The notes: a model not told the origin generated them from the sequence alone. Counted from the first letter of the stretch, positions 45,179-54,850 are shown. The stretch is DNA of 63,358 nucleotides from Minisyncoccota bacterium (GCA_023137595.1 JAGLOZ010000002.1:1-63358); one strand, 5' to 3'. Numbers and translations are program-made.

Positions 45179-45705
45179 AATTTGATATTAGATAAAACAT
45201 GTTCCAGTCTTTTCTTGAAGGTTTTTTCAATTATATCGCTTGTAGAAGTGTTTTCCGCTTGTCTGTCAAACAGCCTCAATTCACCGCAAAATTTACTTAT
45301 ATTGTCTCTCTGCTCCTGCGGATAACTTTCTTCAGTGGCAACAAAAAAATCAGGGTTAATTTCTCTCAGAATAGTCATTGCCCAATCTCCTGTTTCGCTA
45401 ACATCGTCAATAAGCGTCACATAGTCAACAAAATGCTGATAGCTAAGCATTTCCATCCTCTCTTCTTCCGGAATAACCGGCCTCAAAGAATTTTTCTTAT
45501 ATGTTTTTATCGCCTTATCACTGTCCACCCCCACAACCAGTATATCTCCTTGCTTTTTTGCTTTATTCAGATATCTAAGATGCCCGATATGAAGCATATC
45601 CCAAGAACCGATCGTACAAACAACTTTATTCCCAAGCGTTTTGTGAGCCTTTGTTAATTCTGATAGTTTTTTGTAATCAGTTACAATTTTATTTTTTGTT
45701 TCCAT
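45175..45705 (-). CDS. cytidylyl/adenylyltransferase family protein (TagD / RfaE domain II-like)
   Basis: GSWDMLHIGHLRYLNKAKKQGDILVVGVDSD. Confidence 0.75.
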   Translation of the reverse strand: METKNKIVTDYKKLSELTKAHKTLGNKVVCTIGSWDMLHIGHLRYLNKAKKQGDILVVGVDSDKAIKTYKKNSLRPVIPEEERMEMLSYQHFVDYVTLIDDVSETGDWAMTILREINPDFFVATEESYPQEQRDNISKFCGELRLFDRQAENTSTSDIIEKTFKKRLEHVLSNIKL

Positions 45706-45737
45706 TTCTAATTAATAAAAAATTAACAAAAGTCTTA

Positions 45738-46418
45738 TTAAATATTAACTTTAATTCCCGCGCCCATTGTTGAAGTGATTGTGATGGTTTTGATAAATTC
45801 TCCCTTTGCTCCGCTTGGTCTTGCTTCTTTAATGGCCTGGATAAAACTTTTTAAATTTTCTCTTAATTTTTCATCTCCAAAAGAAACTTTTCCGACTAGC
45901 TGATGAATATTTCCGGAATCATCGTTTTTGAAGTTTAATTTTCCTTTCTTTAATTGTTCAACTGTCGCCTTAATATCTACCGTTACGGTGTCAGTTTTCG
46001 GCGATGGCATAAGACCCTTTGGACCTAATATCTTGGCGATAACCGCCAGCTTTCTCATCATATCCGGCGTTGCAACCGAAACATCAAAATCAACCTGCTT
46101 TGTTTGTTTTATTTTTGCGACAAGCTCCTCTCCGCCGACAGTATCAGCTCCAGCTTCCTTTGCTTCTTCCGCTTTCTCGCCCTCGGCGAAAACTGTAATT
46201 TTCTTTTCCTTTCCAATCCCATATGGCAAAACAACAGACCCTCTAATAAGCTGATCCGCCTGTTTTGGATCAATATTCGTTCTGAAATGGATTTCAACGC
46301 TTTCATCAAATTTTGCGTTTGCGTTTTCAATTAAAAGACTAAGTGCTTCGTCAAGTTCATAAGCTTTGCTCCTGCCTATTTTTTCTTTTACACTTTTATA
46401 CCGTTTTGATCTTTTCAT
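45738..46418 (-). CDS. rplA: 50S ribosomal protein L1
   Basis: Typical L1 sequence (FDVSVATPDMM, GPKGLMPSPK). Confidence 0.9.
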   Translation of the reverse strand: MKRSKRYKSVKEKIGRSKAYELDEALSLLIENANAKFDESVEIHFRTNIDPKQADQLIRGSVVLPYGIGKEKKITVFAEGEKAEEAKEAGADTVGGEELVAKIKQTKQVDFDVSVATPDMMRKLAVIAKILGPKGLMPSPKTDTVTVDIKATVEQLKKGKLNFKNDDSGNIHQLVGKVSFGDEKLRENLKSFIQAIKEARPSGAKGEFIKTITITSTMGAGIKVNI

Positions 46419-46508
46419 ATTTTTTTCCTTTGTGGTGCGAGCGCGCTAGTTTAATTATAACGCTCCCACTGGTTAGTTGGTTAAATTTGAATTTAATAAA
46501 TAACTAAG

Positions 46509-46688
46509 TGTCATCCTAAACTTGTTCCAGAATCTTTTGACTGCATGGACCAGCCTCTATCCAACACTGACCTTTTGCATACAATGTAGCCAATGTTTGG
46601 ATGATTTATGGCTTATGACCAACGTAATATACAGTGGATTCTGAAATAAGCTTGTTCTGAGCGGTAGTCAAATGGATTCAGAATGACA
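46509..46688. mobile_element. MITE-like element, family A
   Basis: tgtcatcctaaacttgttccagaatc ... ggattctgaaataagcttgttctgagcggtagtcaaatggattcagaatgaca. Confidence 0.7.
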
Positions 46689-46694
46689 AAATTT

Positions 46695-47345
46695 CTATTT
46701 TTTTATTTCTGTAAATTTTTTCTTTTGCGATAATATTTTTGAAATATCGTAATTTTTAACTCCATAAAGCACTCTTGAAGCAATATAAATCCCCATCGGC
46801 ACAAAAATCAAATTTCCAACCAGGTTATTTCTAAAAAATGGGATCGCCATCCAATAGCACCTCGCAAGTCCCGACAAACTATATTCATACATTCCGGACA
46901 TCAGCCACCAGCCAAAGTTGGTACACAAATAAAAGAATATGGAAGATAATAGAGCTAAAACAATTGAATTTTTCGTTCCAAGTTCATAATCTTTTCTCTG
47001 ATTATATTTTTTTTCTAACTTCCAATTTTCCGCTTTAACTGGATTCCCGTCTTCACAGGAATGACAAGTTTTTTTCTTAAAAAAACATCCAAACAATCCA
47101 ATTGCCGCGAATGCTGTCCAAGTGAAAATGAAAATATATGTATTCCCAATTACCAAATCACTCAAAAAAATTATAGAAAGCGGAACTGCAACCGCGTAAA
47201 CACCGCCCAGATATATCCCCGAAATCAAAGCCAAAACGGTTATTATTTCAAGATTTGGAATTCCGATATAGCTTACTAAAACAAATCTACCAACTACGCC
47301 GATTATTATCAGCATCAATGCTATAAGTATTTTCGATTTATTCAT
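46695..47345 (-). CDS. polytopic membrane protein (ECF S-component-like), with a repeat-derived internal segment
   Basis: Six TM helices. The central hydrophilic insert is ..KKTCHSCEDGNPVKAENWKLEKK... Confidence 0.55.
   Translation of the reverse strand: MNKSKILIALMLIIIGVVGRFVLVSYIGIPNLEIITVLALISGIYLGGVYAVAVPLSIIFLSDLVIGNTYIFIFTWTAFAAIGLFGCFFKKKTCHSCEDGNPVKAENWKLEKKYNQRKDYELGTKNSIVLALLSSIFFYLCTNFGWWLMSGMYEYSLSGLARCYWMAIPFFRNNLVGNLIFVPMGIYIASRVLYGVKNYDISKILSQKKKFTEIKK
47041..47066. repeat. family C hairpin module inside the coding sequence
   Basis: Gene-sense TGTCATTCCTGTGAAGACGGGAATCC is near-identical to the intergenic tgtcattcctgtgaaggcaagaatcc at 36749-36774. It encodes CHSCEDGNP. Confidence 0.7.
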
Positions 47346-47375
47346 AATTCTAATTTCATAATTCTAAATTCCAAA

Positions 47376-47825
47376 TCAAAACGGCACTTCTTCAAATCTC
47401 CATTCTACCACATCCCCTTCTTCCAAAACTTTTTTATCAGCCGCGACATCACCCAAAACATCATTCATATAATACTGCCAATATTTTCCATCAACTCCAT
47501 TCTCAATTCCATCAATATTTTCTATAAAAACTCCAAAACTATAATCATTATTATATTTTATATCAACGCTATTTTTTAAAATATCAAATACAGTGACCTG
47601 TTCTGAAATATCATTTAACTCATATTCTTTTTTTTCTTCGCTTCCATTATCTATTTTGAGCAGAACAGAAAATTTTATCTCATCTGATTTTTCAATAATA
47701 CCAACCTTGTCATCATTTTTTTTGGAAGCAATATCAGCGCTCAAAAAGAAGAAAACGGCAAGCAACAGCACCAAAGCCAGCACAAGCGACAATATTTTAT
47801 TATGTTTTTTGCCCATCTTCCCCAT
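47376..47825 (-). CDS. DUF4430-like (transcobalamin-like fold) TM-anchored protein
   Basis: GKYWQYYMNDVLGDVAADKKVLEEGDVVEWRF C-terminal signature. N-terminal TM helix. Confidence 0.6.
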   Translation of the reverse strand: MGKMGKKHNKILSLVLALVLLLAVFFFLSADIASKKNDDKVGIIEKSDEIKFSVLLKIDNGSEEKKEYELNDISEQVTVFDILKNSVDIKYNNDYSFGVFIENIDGIENGVDGKYWQYYMNDVLGDVAADKKVLEEGDVVEWRFEEVPF

Positions 47826-47942
47826 ATTTTTGGAAATTTAAAATTGACAATTTAGCAATTTGACAATGAAGAATTTGACAATTTTTTTCAATTTCAAGCA
47901 ATACTACAGATAAAAACCTAAACTCAAGAAACTAGGCATATT

Positions 47943-48368
47943 CTACCCTTTCACTTCTATCCCCATATTCCTTGCTGTTCCCGCTATAATTTTCATCGCG
48001 CCTTCAATATCATTCGCGTTTAAGTCTTTCATTTTCAGCTCAGCGATCTCTTGAAGTTGTTTTTTTGTAACTTTTCCAACTTTATCTTTTTGTGGCTCTT
48101 TCGATCCTTTTTTAATTCCAGCAGCTTTTTTGAGAAGTTCAGCGGCTGGAGGAGTTTTCATTATAAAGCTATAGGACTTGTCCTCATAGACAGAAATTTC
48201 AACAGGAATAATATCCCCGCCCATATTTTTTGATTCATTATTAAAACGAGTGCAAAATTCCTGAATGTTAATTCCAGCCTGTCCCAAAGCAGGACCAATG
48301 GGAGGAGCTGGATTAGCTTTTCCAGCTGGAATTTGAAGCTTAACTAATTTTTCAACTTTTTTTGACAT
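47943..48368 (-). CDS. rplK: 50S ribosomal protein L11
   Basis: [26 protein letters not shown]. Confidence 0.95.
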   Translation of the reverse strand: MSKKVEKLVKLQIPAGKANPAPPIGPALGQAGINIQEFCTRFNNESKNMGGDIIPVEISVYEDKSYSFIMKTPPAAELLKKAAGIKKGSKEPQKDKVGKVTKKQLQEIAELKMKDLNANDIEGAMKIIAGTARNMGIEVKG

Positions 48369-48394
48369 ATCATTATATATTTAATAATAAACAC

Positions 48395-48534
48395 TGTCAT
48401 TGCGAGAAGTCTGAGCAAGCGTAGCGAATGAAGTGGCGACGAAGCAATCTCTTAATTAAATTCCTCGTACATAGTTATGGGATTGCTTCGTCATTTCACT
48501 ACGCTATCGCTCTGTTCCACTCCTCACAATGACA
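48395..48534. repeat. palindromic repeat family C (intergenic, rplK-nusG)
   Basis: tgtcattgcgagaag...cgacgaagcaatc...gggattgcttcgtc...ctcacaatgaca. Confidence 0.75.
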
Positions 48535-48536
48535 AC

Positions 48537-49082
48537 CTAGATCTTCTTAATCTGCAAAAAATCAAGTTCAAGCGGTGTTTCTCGTCCAAACATTTGAACT
48601 AAGATCTTTACTTTGCCTTTTTCTTCGTCAATAGCGTCAACCTTACCATCAAAATCCTTAAAAGGACCATCAATTATCTTTATAATTTCACCTGAAATAA
48701 CATCAATTTTATATTTTGGCTCTCTAACCCCCATTCTTTTTTTAAGCATATTCATCTCTTCTTCAGATACTGGAGTTGGCGTAGTTCCAGATCCCACAAA
48801 ACCAGTTACATTAGGAGTGTTTCTAACAACATACCATGAATCATCATTTACGATCATTTCAACCATAACATATCCTGGAAAAATTCTTTCTTCTATCGTT
48901 TTTCTCTTTCCATTCTTTATTTTTATCTTTTTCTCCTTCGGAACTAAGACGTCAAATATTTTGTCCTCCATGCCCATTGAGTCAATCCTCTGCTTTAAAT
49001 TTCTGCAAACATTATCTTCGTAACCGGAATATGTATGCAAAACATACCAATTCCTTCCAAAATCCACTGTTTGTTTTGGCAT
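48537..49082 (-). CDS. nusG: transcription termination/antitermination factor NusG
   Basis: NWYVLHTYSGYE, and a KOW motif (G.IIKIIDGPFKDFDGKV). Confidence 0.9.
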   Translation of the reverse strand: MPKQTVDFGRNWYVLHTYSGYEDNVCRNLKQRIDSMGMEDKIFDVLVPKEKKIKIKNGKRKTIEERIFPGYVMVEMIVNDDSWYVVRNTPNVTGFVGSGTTPTPVSEEEMNMLKKRMGVREPKYKIDVISGEIIKIIDGPFKDFDGKVDAIDEEKGKVKILVQMFGRETPLELDFLQIKKI

Positions 49083-49110
49083 AGTTTTCGTTTAATGATT
49101 TAGTTAGATT

Positions 49111-49306
49111 CAAAGACATAGACACTTTCGCATATTTTGGAGTCCTCGCACTGGACTAAATTCAGCATAAACTCCAGCAAGAATGAAGCTTCACAGGATA
49201 AACGCGTTTCAAAATAATTGTGATCCCTCTTCCTGACTAGAGTCTATATTGAATTCAGCTCAGTATTAGGACTCCGCAATGTCCAAATTCCTATGCTTTG
49301 AATTAA
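49111..49306. repeat. intergenic repeat family B (between secE and nusG)
   Basis: caaagacatagac...ttggagtcctcgc...caaaataattgtgatccctcttcctgact...aaattcctatgc. Confidence 0.7.
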
Positions 49307-49323
49307 TATTCCCTAGCAATAAA

Positions 49324-49515
49324 TTAAAAAGCTATATTTTTCATTATTTCATTTAGCGCAAAATCAATTCCACCCAAAAACGCAGCAGCTGCCAAACTTA
49401 TCCCGATAACAATAAAAGAGTCTTTTATTGCTGTTTTTTTACTTGGCCAGCTAACCTTTTTTGCTTCTGTTTTGACTCCTGTAATATATTTTTTTGTTTC
49501 TTTGAAAATACTCAT
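49324..49515 (-). CDS. secE: preprotein translocase subunit SecE
   Basis: 63 aa with a single C-terminal TM helix and the KVSWPSKK motif. Lies upstream of nusG. Confidence 0.8.
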   Translation of the reverse strand: MSIFKETKKYITGVKTEAKKVSWPSKKTAIKDSFIVIGISLAAAAFLGGIDFALNEIMKNIAF

Positions 49516-49640
49516 TTTTTATGTGATTATAGTTGTTTATAAATTTCTGATTTTTAAAACAGCCCTTCAGAGGCTATTTATTCATTTTCAAGTTACAACT
49601 TCATAATACAAGTATTTTTAGATTTAGTCAATAGCCAGCT

Positions 49641-49677
49641 AGGTTTGTAGCTTCTTAGGTTTGTAGCTTCTTAGGTT
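49641..49677. repeat. 2.3 x 16-bp tandem repeat aggtttgtagcttctt
   Basis: Gene-sense CCTAAGAAGCTACAAA x2, immediately upstream of the TTGACT-17-TATTAT promoter of secE. Confidence 0.8.
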
Positions 49678-49733
49678 AGCTGATTTTGTACTATTATTTA
49701 AACATTACCCCGAGACAGACATTAAATTTTTCT

Positions 49734-49877
49734 TTACTTTTTAATGTCTTTGTATTTATCTTTCTTCGCTTCTTTAAGCCTTTCAAATATCTTTATAACA
49801 AGCGCAATTATAAAAAACAAAAACAGCCCCGCTTCCACGAATAAAATAAACATTACAAAAATTGGCGTATCTTCCAT
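49734..49877 (-). CDS. possible small membrane protein (47 aa; MEDTPIFVMFILFVEAGLFLFFIIALVIKIFERLKEAKKDKYKDIKK)
   Basis: Hand translation. One TM helix plus a basic tail. No SD. Confidence 0.35.
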   Translation of the reverse strand: MEDTPIFVMFILFVEAGLFLFFIIALVIKIFERLKEAKKDKYKDIKK

Positions 49878-49895
49878 AATTTTATTATTCTTAAT

Positions 49896-50210
49896 TTATC
49901 TAATTTTAACAGCAGTCCCGTAAACCAAAACTTCTGAGATTCCGCCACTGATCGTTGTACTTGAAAATCTGACACAAACAATGGCATTCGCGTCCATTTT
50001 TTTTGCTTCTTCCTTCATTCTGTCCATTGACTGTTCTCTTGATTCAGCAATGAGCTTTGTGTATTCCAAAACTTCTCCGCCAACAATATTCTTGGCAAAA
50101 GCAAAAATATCTCGCCCGACATTCCTTGCTCTGGCGGTATTTCCCCTGACCAATCCTATTGTCTCAATAATTTCCTTACCGGGAATTTTGTCCGTTGTTG
50201 CAATAATCAT
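49896..50210 (-). CDS. YbjQ/UPF0145 family protein
   Basis: Full-length similarity pattern (IGLVRGNTARARNVGRDI...GGEV..Y). Confidence 0.75.
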   Translation of the reverse strand: MIIATTDKIPGKEIIETIGLVRGNTARARNVGRDIFAFAKNIVGGEVLEYTKLIAESREQSMDRMKEEAKKMDANAIVCVRFSSTTISGGISEVLVYGTAVKIR

Positions 50211-50236
50211 AGTTTTAATTTTAATTTTTTAAATAT

Positions 50237-50812
50237 TTATTGAACTTCGTGCTTTACTTCATTTTTAAATAATAGCATAAACGGATAACCTACATAATTC
50301 CTCTCTATTTTTCCTAGTTTTAAATTCTTTAAAAAAATCACCATTTCTTCTGTTATTTTTTTCGGATCTACTTTTTCATTTTTGCCAATATATTCTATCT
50401 CCACAAAATTTCCTAGGTCTTTTACTGAATCTACGGCGATTTCATAATTTTTGTGCACCTAAATTTTTCTCATTTTATTAACCGTCACAATAGACTTAAA
50501 ATTAATTGCATTAAAGATTTTTTTTGCTTTATCCGAATCTTCAACTTTAGTTTCGTATTCATCGCAATAATTACCTTTTCCGTTTTCACCAGAATGCCAA
50601 TTTTTATAATTTATAGAATAAATTCCATCAGCACTTCTTAGCCTTAACCACTCATTTACAGGTCGTGTTTTTAAGAAATTACGATGTGCTGGAAAAAAAT
50701 ATTCGTCTATTTGATTTTTTTCCGCTTTAAATTCCGCGTTCTTTTCTAAAAACTCTAACAACGGTTTATTGTTTTCAATTTTTACTTGAATTTCAATTTC
50801 AATATTATCCAT
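50237..50812 (-). pseudogene. CYTH domain protein (CyaB-like) interrupted by one in-frame TAG (50459-50461)
   Basis: N-terminal part has EIEIQVKI; C-terminal part has DLGNFVEIEY. The two ORFs are contiguous and in frame: ...TVNKMRKI[TAG]VHKNYEIAVDSV... The combined 191 codons are typical for the family. Confidence 0.7.
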
Positions 50813-50853
50813 AATATTTATTAGTTTTTATAATAGCAACGGAGCAATTTAAT

Positions 50854-51777
50854 TCAAATCCACCTTTTACTTTTTATCACTACAAAAAATAACATAGACA
50901 ATAAGACTATAACCACGACCACAAACAAAAACGCAAAAGGATTTCCTTCTAAGGGCAATGCGACATTCATTCCGAAAATACTGGAAACAATTGTTGGAAT
51001 AGTCAGGAAGATAGTAACAAAAGTCAGAATTTTCATAATTTTATTAAGTTCATTCGTAAGAATTGCAGAATATGCTTCACGAATATTTTTAATTGATCTT
51101 GAGCCGGCCCTGGAAAGCTCCATGGTCTGATTGCTGTCCATCACAAGATCTTCCATGATATCTCTGTCTTTTTCATAGATCGTAATATAGCGGCCGCTAA
51201 GAATCTTTTCTAAAATATTTATTGCCGGAAATAATGAAGAAACAAAATTATTCAGTGATTCTTCTTCCTGGACTAAAAACAAAATGTCTTTATTCTCCAG
51301 GTTGCCGATTTTTATTTTCTTTGATTTTATGTCTTTTAAAATTCTATTTAAATACAGATCATAACTGCCAAAAATTTCCAGAATAATTTTCAGAAGAAAA
51401 TTTGTTTTGTGCGTGGTGCAAAAATCACTGTTGCTTATCAGAAAACTATCCGTGATCTTGTTTTTTGTTCTGCATAAAGTTATTATATTATCTTTAGTTA
51501 TCACAACCAAAATCGGCGTAGTTATAATATCAGCATCTTTTTCAATCGGAAATCTCATAATCATATAAAAATTACCAGCCTTATCCGTTTCTATTCTGGA
51601 AATTTCATTTTCATCCAGTCCATCTTCAAGAATTGTAAAATCAAGATCCAAAGACTTCGCAAGCGATCTTATTTCCTCTTCGCCTGGTTCCAAGACTGAA
51701 ATCCAACTGCCTCTTTCTATTTCCTTTACCTTTTTCAATCGCAGATCATTTAGTTTTTTTCTATATATATTGATCAT
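50854..51777 (-). CDS. corA: magnesium/cobalt transporter CorA
   Basis: IFGMNV (GMN) motif before the last TM helix. Confidence 0.85.
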   Translation of the reverse strand: MINIYRKKLNDLRLKKVKEIERGSWISVLEPGEEEIRSLAKSLDLDFTILEDGLDENEISRIETDKAGNFYMIMRFPIEKDADIITTPILVVITKDNIITLCRTKNKITDSFLISNSDFCTTHKTNFLLKIILEIFGSYDLYLNRILKDIKSKKIKIGNLENKDILFLVQEEESLNNFVSSLFPAINILEKILSGRYITIYEKDRDIMEDLVMDSNQTMELSRAGSRSIKNIREAYSAILTNELNKIMKILTFVTIFLTIPTIVSSIFGMNVALPLEGNPFAFLFVVVVIVLLSMLFFVVIKSKRWI

Positions 51778-51919
51778 AAAATAGCTCTATAATATAATAA
51801 GTTTTTGTTTTTTCATTTCTTGTTATAAGTATAGCCGTTTGGAAAAATATGACAAGAATTTAATTGTCATTGCAAGAAGCCTGAACGAACAAAGTGAATG
51901 ACGACAAATAGAGACTAGC

Positions 51920-52933
51920 TTACGATTCTCTAAAAACAATCTTCGCCTCCTCCCAGATCCTGTCATCCCCTTTTTTTGTCTTCAGCCAATACCACCATTC
52001 TCCACCCCATAAATACGCCTCTGAAAATTCTATTTTTTTCACATATTCTATATTTTCACGAAACTGTTCCGGGCTCATTGATTTATACTGCTCTTCTAAT
52101 GGCGTATCTATGATCATCTTTGGTCCCCATGGCTCCGCCTGCAATTCTACAATGATTATCTTTTCCACGCCTGTAATATACATAATGATTGCCGCTTTTA
52201 TTCTATAAGAAATTGAAGCAATCGGATAATGAACATAGCCAAGATGACCGTTCCAAACAATTCTATACAGAGTTGTTCCAAGAATGTCCGCTCTTTTCGC
52301 GGCGCTATACCAAGTGCCAAGCTCGCCGCTATCTGAAATTATAATTGGTCGGCTATCAAGAGAACGGACCAGGGAAATTTCTCTATCAAGAAAATTTTTA
52401 TCTAATTTTGGACACTCTCCAAAGGCCAGAAAAGGTTCGTTTTCCACCTGCCACGCAACAATGTTTTCTTTATATTTGTACCTCTCCACAACTTTTGTTA
52501 TTTTCCCAATAAGCTCTTCTTGCCTCTCATATTTATTCAATTTCTCCGCCCATTCTGGAATATGGCACTCCGGCCAACGCGGTTGTTTTTGACCCAGAGA
52601 AAGAACTACTTTCACTCCGCGTTTTTCTGCTTCTTCAATTTGCCAATCCAGATCTTCAAATGAATAGCTATCTCTTTCCGCTTCAATTTCTGTCCAGTAA
52701 GATGATAATCGCACTCTTTTTGCGCCAGCATCATCTAGTAAAGCCAGGTATGTCTCTTGCCAATCCAATCCCAAATGCTCCGCAAACGGCTTGCTGAACG
52801 TTACGCCATATTGAACATCTTCTCTTCTCGGGGCATAAACAAGATAGATCACAGTCACAAAAAAAATAAATGTAATAAGAACTGCAAGAGTTTTCTTTCG
52901 CGATAATTTTAGATGTTTATTTATTATTGACAT
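51920..52933 (-). CDS. TM-anchored glycoside hydrolase, TIM-barrel (GH5/GH42-like)
   Basis: WQVENEPF catalytic-type motif. Start set to ATG 52933 (MSIINK). Confidence 0.6.
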   Translation of the reverse strand: MSIINKHLKLSRKKTLAVLITFIFFVTVIYLVYAPRREDVQYGVTFSKPFAEHLGLDWQETYLALLDDAGAKRVRLSSYWTEIEAERDSYSFEDLDWQIEEAEKRGVKVVLSLGQKQPRWPECHIPEWAEKLNKYERQEELIGKITKVVERYKYKENIVAWQVENEPFLAFGECPKLDKNFLDREISLVRSLDSRPIIISDSGELGTWYSAAKRADILGTTLYRIVWNGHLGYVHYPIASISYRIKAAIIMYITGVEKIIIVELQAEPWGPKMIIDTPLEEQYKSMSPEQFRENIEYVKKIEFSEAYLWGGEWWYWLKTKKGDDRIWEEAKIVFRES

Positions 52934-53178
52934 AAGTTTTCTTGTTTTTTTAAAAAATAAGTTTATCACTCTGTATCCTTTTTCCATACGACCGCACAAA
53001 AAGAGGCTAAGATCGCTTTATATGAAAAAATAAATATTGATATAAATTTTTATTTTTAAATATATCTTTTAACACCATAGGTGTTCGTGCATAAAAGTAA
53101 AGACACTGTGAAGTATTGACGGAGCTGAAAATTTGAGTTATATTTTTTTTAGATATAAATATCAACGGAGGAGTAAGC

Positions 53179-53613
53179 TTGAATAATAAACAAATAGAAA
53201 GTGAATTGAGGTTCGGATTTAAAATAGGTCCGTTAGTGGGAATATTTTTGGGAATATTTGCCCTGCTCATACTAAATGTGTGGTATATTTTACCTCCTAT
53301 TGGCGCTCCCGACATTTGGGCAGCAATAGTAATTTGGATAGGAGTAGGATTTTCTCCGGTAGTTTTACTTTACAAGCCGTTAGACCTGCGCCTATACCGT
53401 CCAAAAAGCCAAGCTTTTTTTATAGGAATGATTATGACTATTGGATTGATAAGTTGTGTCTATAATGCAATAACAGCATATAACATATTACCATATAGCT
53501 CATTGGAAACTATTCCTGTTGTAATGTTTGTCATGTTTGGCACATTTATAGGTTTTACTATAAAAACAATAGTGGAACCAAGAATAGCGAAAACAAAAGA
53601 AACTGTGCAGTAG
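53179..53613 (+). CDS. hypothetical membrane protein (144 aa)
   Basis: TTG start with a GGAGGAG SD. Promoter TTGACG-17-TATATT upstream. Four TM helices. Confidence 0.55.
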   Translation: MNNKQIESELRFGFKIGPLVGIFLGIFALLILNVWYILPPIGAPDIWAAIVIWIGVGFSPVVLLYKPLDLRLYRPKSQAFFIGMIMTIGLISCVYNAITAYNILPYSSLETIPVVMFVMFGTFIGFTIKTIVEPRIAKTKETVQ

Positions 53614-53638
53614 GATCTAATCTCTCTACTGTATTTTT

Positions 53639-54544
53639 TTATCCCCCCAACAAAACCAGTCCAATTCCGATCAAAACAATAGCTCCCACCTTTTGCATGA
53701 TAACATTTCCCCGGGCTTGTTCGTGATATAATTTTGGAAGTTTTTTGGAAAGAATTATGGCAAACAATAAGACAAAAACATATTGGACAGACTGCAGAGA
53801 GTTTATTATTGCCACACTGCTATCTTCAATTGAAATTGCGTAAAAGATCAAAATCGCCGCGACGGCCGCAAGAATTTTGTTTGGTATAAACAAATATGCG
53901 GTTCTTTTTTTTATTGTTTCCGGAGTTGAAAATATTTTTTTTCTGTTCTGTTTTGACAAAAGCAGCAGTACAGCTCCAAAAAACCCGCCAATCTGGAAGA
54001 GGATAAATCCGTCAAAAAATGATATGTGCAGATATAAATATTTTATCAAAGTATAATATAGAGCAAAGAGAAGTCCTGCGATAGCGGCCGGTAAAAATCC
54101 CTTGATCATGGAAAATCTGCCATTGTCCAGCTTTGAAGACAAAAGAAATCCGCCTAAAACGAAAAATGCAAAAGCAAAGAATTGCTTAGTTGTCAAAAGC
54201 TCCCCCATAATCAAATAAGACAAAAGAACGGTAAAAATAGGAACAGTTGCCCCGACTACAGGTATGACTCTTGACGCTTCGCCAAGTTTCAATGCCTTAT
54301 AAAAAATCAGAAGCGCCAAAATAAACAAAGCTCCATTTGAAATCCCGAGAATGAAAAATCCGGTTTCTGGAATCGTAAATCCAACGATCGGAACAAGCGC
54401 AATAAACAAAATCTGAAAAACGCCAGAATAAAAAGTATAAGCCACTGGACGCAATACCGTATTTGAAACAATATGCTTGTCAATTATTGAAACAATGGCA
54501 TTCAGAAAATGAGCGGTGATTGTAATTAGAATCCAGGAAAACAT
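53639..54544 (-). CDS. EamA/DMT family transporter
   Basis: Ten TM helices with a two-EamA-repeat architecture. Confidence 0.7.
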   Translation of the reverse strand: MFSWILITITAHFLNAIVSIIDKHIVSNTVLRPVAYTFYSGVFQILFIALVPIVGFTIPETGFFILGISNGALFILALLIFYKALKLGEASRVIPVVGATVPIFTVLLSYLIMGELLTTKQFFAFAFFVLGGFLLSSKLDNGRFSMIKGFLPAAIAGLLFALYYTLIKYLYLHISFFDGFILFQIGGFFGAVLLLLSKQNRKKIFSTPETIKKRTAYLFIPNKILAAVAAILIFYAISIEDSSVAIINSLQSVQYVFVLLFAIILSKKLPKLYHEQARGNVIMQKVGAIVLIGIGLVLLGG

Positions 54545-54589
54545 ACTAACATTTTAACATATAAACATTTCAACAGATTTAATAAAGTC

Positions 54590-54823
54590 TGTCGTTCTAA
54601 GCGTCGTTCTGAACCTGTCTGCTGATAGGCAGGCTTGTTTCAGAATCATTATTATTTTAGGTCTGATTTATACTATATTAACACCACACTTTCATTTACA
54701 GCGCAAACACAATTATTTTTTATAATACAGCTATTGTATTATAAATTCGTTCAAAAGTTTAGTGATTTATAGGTTTGATCAAATGCAAAATACAATAGAT
54801 TCTGAACTGAATTCAGAATGACA
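54590..54823. mobile_element. MITE-like element, family A
   Basis: gtcgttctgaacctgtctgctgataggcaggcttgtttcagaatc ... agattctgaactgaattcagaatgaca. The conserved interior is aacaccacactttcatttacagcgca. Confidence 0.75.
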
Positions 54824-54850
54824 TCAACGCATCCTGATAATTCAAATGTT

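Noticed and set aside
53007-53315. 102-aa minus-strand ORF overlapping the start of the plus-strand gene 53179-53613.
   Set aside because: The plus-strand gene has a promoter, a GGAGGAG SD and clear TM helices. The minus-strand ORF has no signals and runs through the promoter region.
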